From: Candidatus Versatilivorator sp.
Lineage (GTDB): Bacteria; Acidobacteriota; Terriglobia; Versatilivoradales; Versatilivoraceae
Length of the DNA: 64,000 nt
Assembly (NCBI GenBank): GCA_965207735.1
Contig: OZ242296.1
Span: forward strand, 3,264,001 to 3,328,000
Direction of reading: 5' to 3'
Shown here: positions 60,321 through 64,000 of the stretch, piece by piece
How positions within the stretch are numbered: position 1 is the stretch's first letter
Layout of the letters: every line of letters begins with the position of its first letter
The notes under the pieces: model-generated
Databases searched by the model: none
What the model was told of the DNA's origin: nothing
The model's input: only the letters and a program-made list of their open reading frames with translations
Program-made: the position numbers and the translations under genes

Positions 60321-60553
60321 CTGTGGAAACCGCCGTCGAAGTGCGGCGATTACCTCACGCGTATCGTCAACGGAAGGGGTCGTCTACGTAATATAAGCCA
60401 CCTTCTCCGGATCGCGCACCGTCAGAGCCTCGACCCCCTCGACGTCTTCGATCACGATCACCCTGCCTGGAATTTGCCAGACCGTGCCTACAACTTCCGG
60501 GTGGTTCTCGTGGCCGATCAGCACGATGTCGTAGCCGCCGCGGGCGTACCGCC
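60321..60553 (-). pseudogene. ispH: Internal fragment of IspH (HMBPP reductase), in frame with the synthase fragment
   Basis: IVLIGHENHPEVVGT...KVAYIT*TTPSVDDTREVIAALRRRFP; TAG at 60384-60386 replaces the Q of the TQTTLS motif. Confidence 0.82.
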
Positions 60554-60578
60554 GTCCACGCCCCCTGAAAAATCCAAT

Positions 60579-62300
60579 TTACGACCGGTGCAGCACCGTG
60601 TCTCGAAGGGGCAAGCTGGGGCCCAGGTCGGGGTCCTCGTTGCGGTGGTAGTTCCTGCCCATCAGGTAGCGGATTTCCAGCTCCACGTCGTGTAGCAGGA
60701 TCTCGGGAACCACGGTGGGGTCCCGATGCTCCAGCAGGACCTCCACCTGGTTTTTCCCCTTCCGTGGCCAGTGGGACGGATCCAGGCGGTGGATGAACCA
60801 GTAGCCGAAACCCCCGCCCCGGTTGGGTGTGCTCATGCGATAGAGCTGGTTGATCTTGCGCAGGCCCGAATCGGGCAGGGTTTGGCCGTTCAGGCGGAAT
60901 TCCAGCCTGTCCAGCTGATTGGTGTTCATCACCCGGAATCTCAGCAGCACCTCATGAACCCGGCCGGCCCGGTTCCAGAAGGGGAGGTCGTCGCTGACGG
61001 GGAGTTCGAGGCGCAGCGGTTCGCCCTGCGCCAGCTTGCGGGGCAGGGGCATCCCGGGCTCCCAGGGAGGGGACTGGTAGCTTCCGGCTGTCGGGACCAA
61101 GTAGAACTTGTCCTTGGGCGCCATGATGTCGGGATGGGGAATCTCCCGAAGCTGTTCGTAGAAGGCGGCGCGATAGGGCCAGTTGGCTCCCTGGAACCAC
61201 TGGTTCAGGTAGATGCCGTCGACCCCTTGATCCCAGTAGTTGCAGGCCGCCGCCCGGATGACTTCGATGGACCCGTTGGAGAGCCGGTCGGAGTCGACCA
61301 TGCTGTTGAGGACGGCGAAAACGCGGGTTGGGGTGCCCTTGGCCGCCTCCAGCAGCGGCCGGTAGTCGGCCGCATGGTCCACCCGCCCCCAGTAGACCCC
61401 GAAGGTCTCGCCGATGATCACGTCCACGATCCCCCGCCGCATCCACCCCCTCACGTCCAGACCCAGCCCCAGGCAGGTCTGGAGGTCTCCCGGAACCCGA
61501 ATGGCCAACTCGCGGTCCTGCCCGGTCTCCTTCAGGGTCCGGTGGATCCTCTCGATCCAGGCGGTCATGATGGGACGGCCGGCCTCGACTTCGTCGGGAT
61601 GGAAGAAGTGGGGCGAGGGGCTCTGGTAGGCTAGCGTCAGCTCGAATCCGTCCACCGGATAGTTCCTGAGAACCTCTTCGATCAGGGCGAAGCGCTCCTC
61701 CCGGACCTCCGGATGCTTGAAGTCCAGACTGGTAAGCCCGGGGGATTCCGGATCGAGGTCTCCGCGTGCGCCGATCTCCAGGTGCTGGTTGTCCAGGCGG
61801 AAAAGGGAGCTGCGGACATCCTCATCTCGAGGCCCGCGTCTGCCCTGGTTCACCAGCAGGGCGGGGTAGAGGAGCATTCCCTTTTCGTGGGCCCGATCGC
61901 AGAGCACCTTCAACGGGTCCAGCCCGGCGTCCAGCAGCGACCTGGCGTTCTGTTGAGCCCGCTGGAAGACCACGTGGGGCCACTTGCGGACATGGTGCCC
62001 GAACACCTCTCCCACACGGGTGTCGTGAAAGACGGTGCGGCCGTCCGCCAGGCAGAAATTGAGCACTTCCACCGAGGTTTCCACCAGTTCATCCACCGCA
62101 GCTTCCACCTCCTGTTCTTGGATGGGAGGCTCGTACATGTACATCAGGGGGTGGCGGCTGTCGTGGTAGAACATGATGCGCGGCTTCTTGCGGGCGGCGC
62201 CGGATCGCGGCGGGGCCGGCTCGGCCGGCAGCGACGAGGCCAGCATGCCCGGCGCCAGGCCGGCTGCCAGGGCGGTTCTCACGAAATCGCGTCGTTTCAT
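60579..62300 (-). CDS. Tat-exported GHL10-like TIM-barrel protein
   Basis: RBS AAGGAGG; MKRRDFV Tat signal; YHDSRH..YMYEPP, DFKHPEVR, YPVDGFEL. Confidence 0.75.
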   Translation of the reverse strand: MKRRDFVRTALAAGLAPGMLASSLPAEPAPPRSGAARKKPRIMFYHDSRHPLMYMYEPPIQEQEVEAAVDELVETSVEVLNFCLADGRTVFHDTRVGEVFGHHVRKWPHVVFQRAQQNARSLLDAGLDPLKVLCDRAHEKGMLLYPALLVNQGRRGPRDEDVRSSLFRLDNQHLEIGARGDLDPESPGLTSLDFKHPEVREERFALIEEVLRNYPVDGFELTLAYQSPSPHFFHPDEVEAGRPIMTAWIERIHRTLKETGQDRELAIRVPGDLQTCLGLGLDVRGWMRRGIVDVIIGETFGVYWGRVDHAADYRPLLEAAKGTPTRVFAVLNSMVDSDRLSNGSIEVIRAAACNYWDQGVDGIYLNQWFQGANWPYRAAFYEQLREIPHPDIMAPKDKFYLVPTAGSYQSPPWEPGMPLPRKLAQGEPLRLELPVSDDLPFWNRAGRVHEVLLRFRVMNTNQLDRLEFRLNGQTLPDSGLRKINQLYRMSTPNRGGGFGYWFIHRLDPSHWPRKGKNQVEVLLEHRDPTVVPEILLHDVELEIRYLMGRNYHRNEDPDLGPSLPLRDTVLHRS

Positions 62301-62535
62301 CGAGGCCTCCTTGAAGGGTGGTTGGAATGAGCGTCGGTCGGGTCCATTTCTATCAAAGGCTCGAACCGGAGCAAAGCTTTGGCTTGTCCGTTCTCCGGCA
62401 AGCTTCGCCTGGCCCGCAACCAACTCCGGCCAGCGGCAATTCATGAAGCGTCCTCTTGACAAGAGGCAGGGTTCAACTGTAGAAACGCTGTGAATACAAC
62501 GGTTTCCACCCCATTCACCAGAAAGGACCCCTCCC

Positions 62536-63363
62536 ATGAAACACCCGATTCTCTCCGGTGCTCTGTCCCTTTGTCTTTGTCTGCCGGCTCTTGCCGAAGG
62601 CCCGGCCCTGGACCGGGAGACGCATCCACTGGGGCTGGCCCTGGCCACGCCCTTGGCCGTTATACCGACTTCAGCCAATACGCCCGGCCGCTTTGGCGCC
62701 TATTTCAAGACTCGCGTGGTCGTACATAACCTCACCTCCAGAAGTTACACCATCAGTGCCCTATTGTGCGGGCCGAGCGGCATAGTTTCCGAACGCTCGA
62801 TTTCAATGAGCCCCAATCAATACCTCTCGTACGACAATTTTTTGCAGGACGTTTTTAACTACGAGGGCGCCGGAGCGGTGATTCTGTTGGCGGAAATAAG
62901 CTCTCTGAACCTGAATGACCCTGATCTGATAGGCAACGCGCCCTTCAAGTTTTCGGTGACGGCTGAGGTGTACAGCGACTCACCCAACGGCCGTTATACC
63001 ACTACGGTCGTCAACGGGATTGTGCCCCTGGTCGATGCAGGTCCCGAGGCCTATAGCGCCGGCGTTACCGCGGGTCCGGATCAAAGAGTCAACGTAGGAG
63101 TCTTCAACTTCGGTGACAGCACCACCTCGGTTCAAGCGGTAGTGCACGATTCATCCGGGATGGTGGTCCAAACCATTCATTTCACCGTCGGCGCCTTCTC
63201 ATGGCAGCAGAAAAACGTCAGCAGGCCGGTAACCAACGGTTTCATCAGTTGGCGGATCGACGCCAGCCCGGATACGCTGCCATACCTCTGGGCCGTATCG
63301 GTTGACAACCAATCCAACGACGGCACACTGGCCTGGCCGACACGCCCTGAAATCACTGAGTGA
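62536..63363 (+). CDS. Secreted hypothetical protein related to the C-terminal module of the tandem proteases
   Basis: Signal peptide; P.SA..PGRFGAYFKT, RVNVGVFN, YLWAVSVDNQSNDGT, compared with protease YAYGVINDNFNSDGS. Confidence 0.7.
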   Translation: MKHPILSGALSLCLCLPALAEGPALDRETHPLGLALATPLAVIPTSANTPGRFGAYFKTRVVVHNLTSRSYTISALLCGPSGIVSERSISMSPNQYLSYDNFLQDVFNYEGAGAVILLAEISSLNLNDPDLIGNAPFKFSVTAEVYSDSPNGRYTTTVVNGIVPLVDAGPEAYSAGVTAGPDQRVNVGVFNFGDSTTSVQAVVHDSSGMVVQTIHFTVGAFSWQQKNVSRPVTNGFISWRIDASPDTLPYLWAVSVDNQSNDGTLAWPTRPEITE

Positions 63364-63707
63364 CGCGTCAACCCGCATTTCTTGGCGACGGACCCCGCTC
63401 GTGAAACGACTGCAGGATAACTCCGGCGGTTTTGCTTCCAACGGGTGCTTGAGACCCAAGGGAATCGCAGGAACTCCTTTCGAGGCAACCTCTCCGGATT
63501 GAAGGGAAAACACCAGTCGAGGCCCCTCCGCACCCGCGAATTCTGCAGACCGCCCTTAATATTTGGCAATTTGTAGAATATGGACCTTCCATTCATGCAA
63601 GCCGTTCCCGGAGGCGCTATACTTGGCGCTCCGCATTCATCCCGAATCCAAGAGACTTCATGGCGGTGCTCCGCCGGCGCCATGATGTCTTTAGGCAAGG
63701 CAATCCC

Positions 63708-64000
63708 ATGAAGTACTGCAGCCTGCCGCTGGCCCGATTTGTTGTGATTGCCCTCGCCGCAACGGTCCTGCTCTGGTGGGTCCTGAGCCCCTCGGACTGG
63801 AGCCGGCTTTCGGCTGGCCTGCAGACCGCCAAGACAGCGCTGGGAGCCAAGTCCGAATTGCGCCCGCGTCCCGCTTACCCGCCGGACGAGGTGGTGCGCA
63901 TCCAGATCGAGGCCTTGGGAGACAATGACCGACCCCACCCGGATGCCGGGATCGAGACCGCCTTCCGCTTTGCCTCGCCGGCCAACAAGAAAGCCACCGG
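63708..64000 (+). CDS. DUF4864-like protein, 3'-truncated by window edge
   Basis: N-terminal TM segment then PDEVVRIQIEAL..ND.PHPDAGIETAFRFASPANK; absent from the ORF track because it runs off the window. Confidence 0.75.
   Translation, partial: MKYCSLPLARFVVIALAATVLLWWVLSPSDWSRLSAGLQTAKTALGAKSELRPRPAYPPDEVVRIQIEALGDNDRPHPDAGIETAFRFASPANKKAT

Noticed and set aside
63369-63560. Another full MITE copy starting at CAACCCGCATTTCT
   Set aside because: Only about 11 bp match the TIR; no second end or internal homology was seen.

Overview
GC-rich bacterial window, probably from an Acidobacteriota genome (inferred from the Oar-type TonB receptor, bactofilin and the protein families present; possibly a host-associated lineage). 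It holds about 45 intact CDSs: two tandem trypsin-like surface proteases (the complete one with N-terminal NHL repeats), three GHL10-like TIM-barrel paralogs, an acoABCX cluster, transporters, catabolic enzymes and a BrnTA-type toxin-antitoxin pair. No tRNA, rRNA or CRISPR array was seen. The standout feature is not in the ORF track: an ORF-less 869-nt group II intron (38292->37424, minus strand) inserted in the terminal inverted repeat of a 251-bp MITE. Its candidate EBS1/EBS2 match that TIR exactly, an intron-free copy of the MITE lies at 46602-46852, and four vacant target sites occur in the window. Other unannotated features are an IS1634 inserted into a dispersed repeat, a split hsdM relic, an in-frame ispH::squalene-synthase deletion fusion and a serine-recombinase relic. 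The last two are truncated at MITE ends. All family calls come from motif recognition by eye, not database searches.
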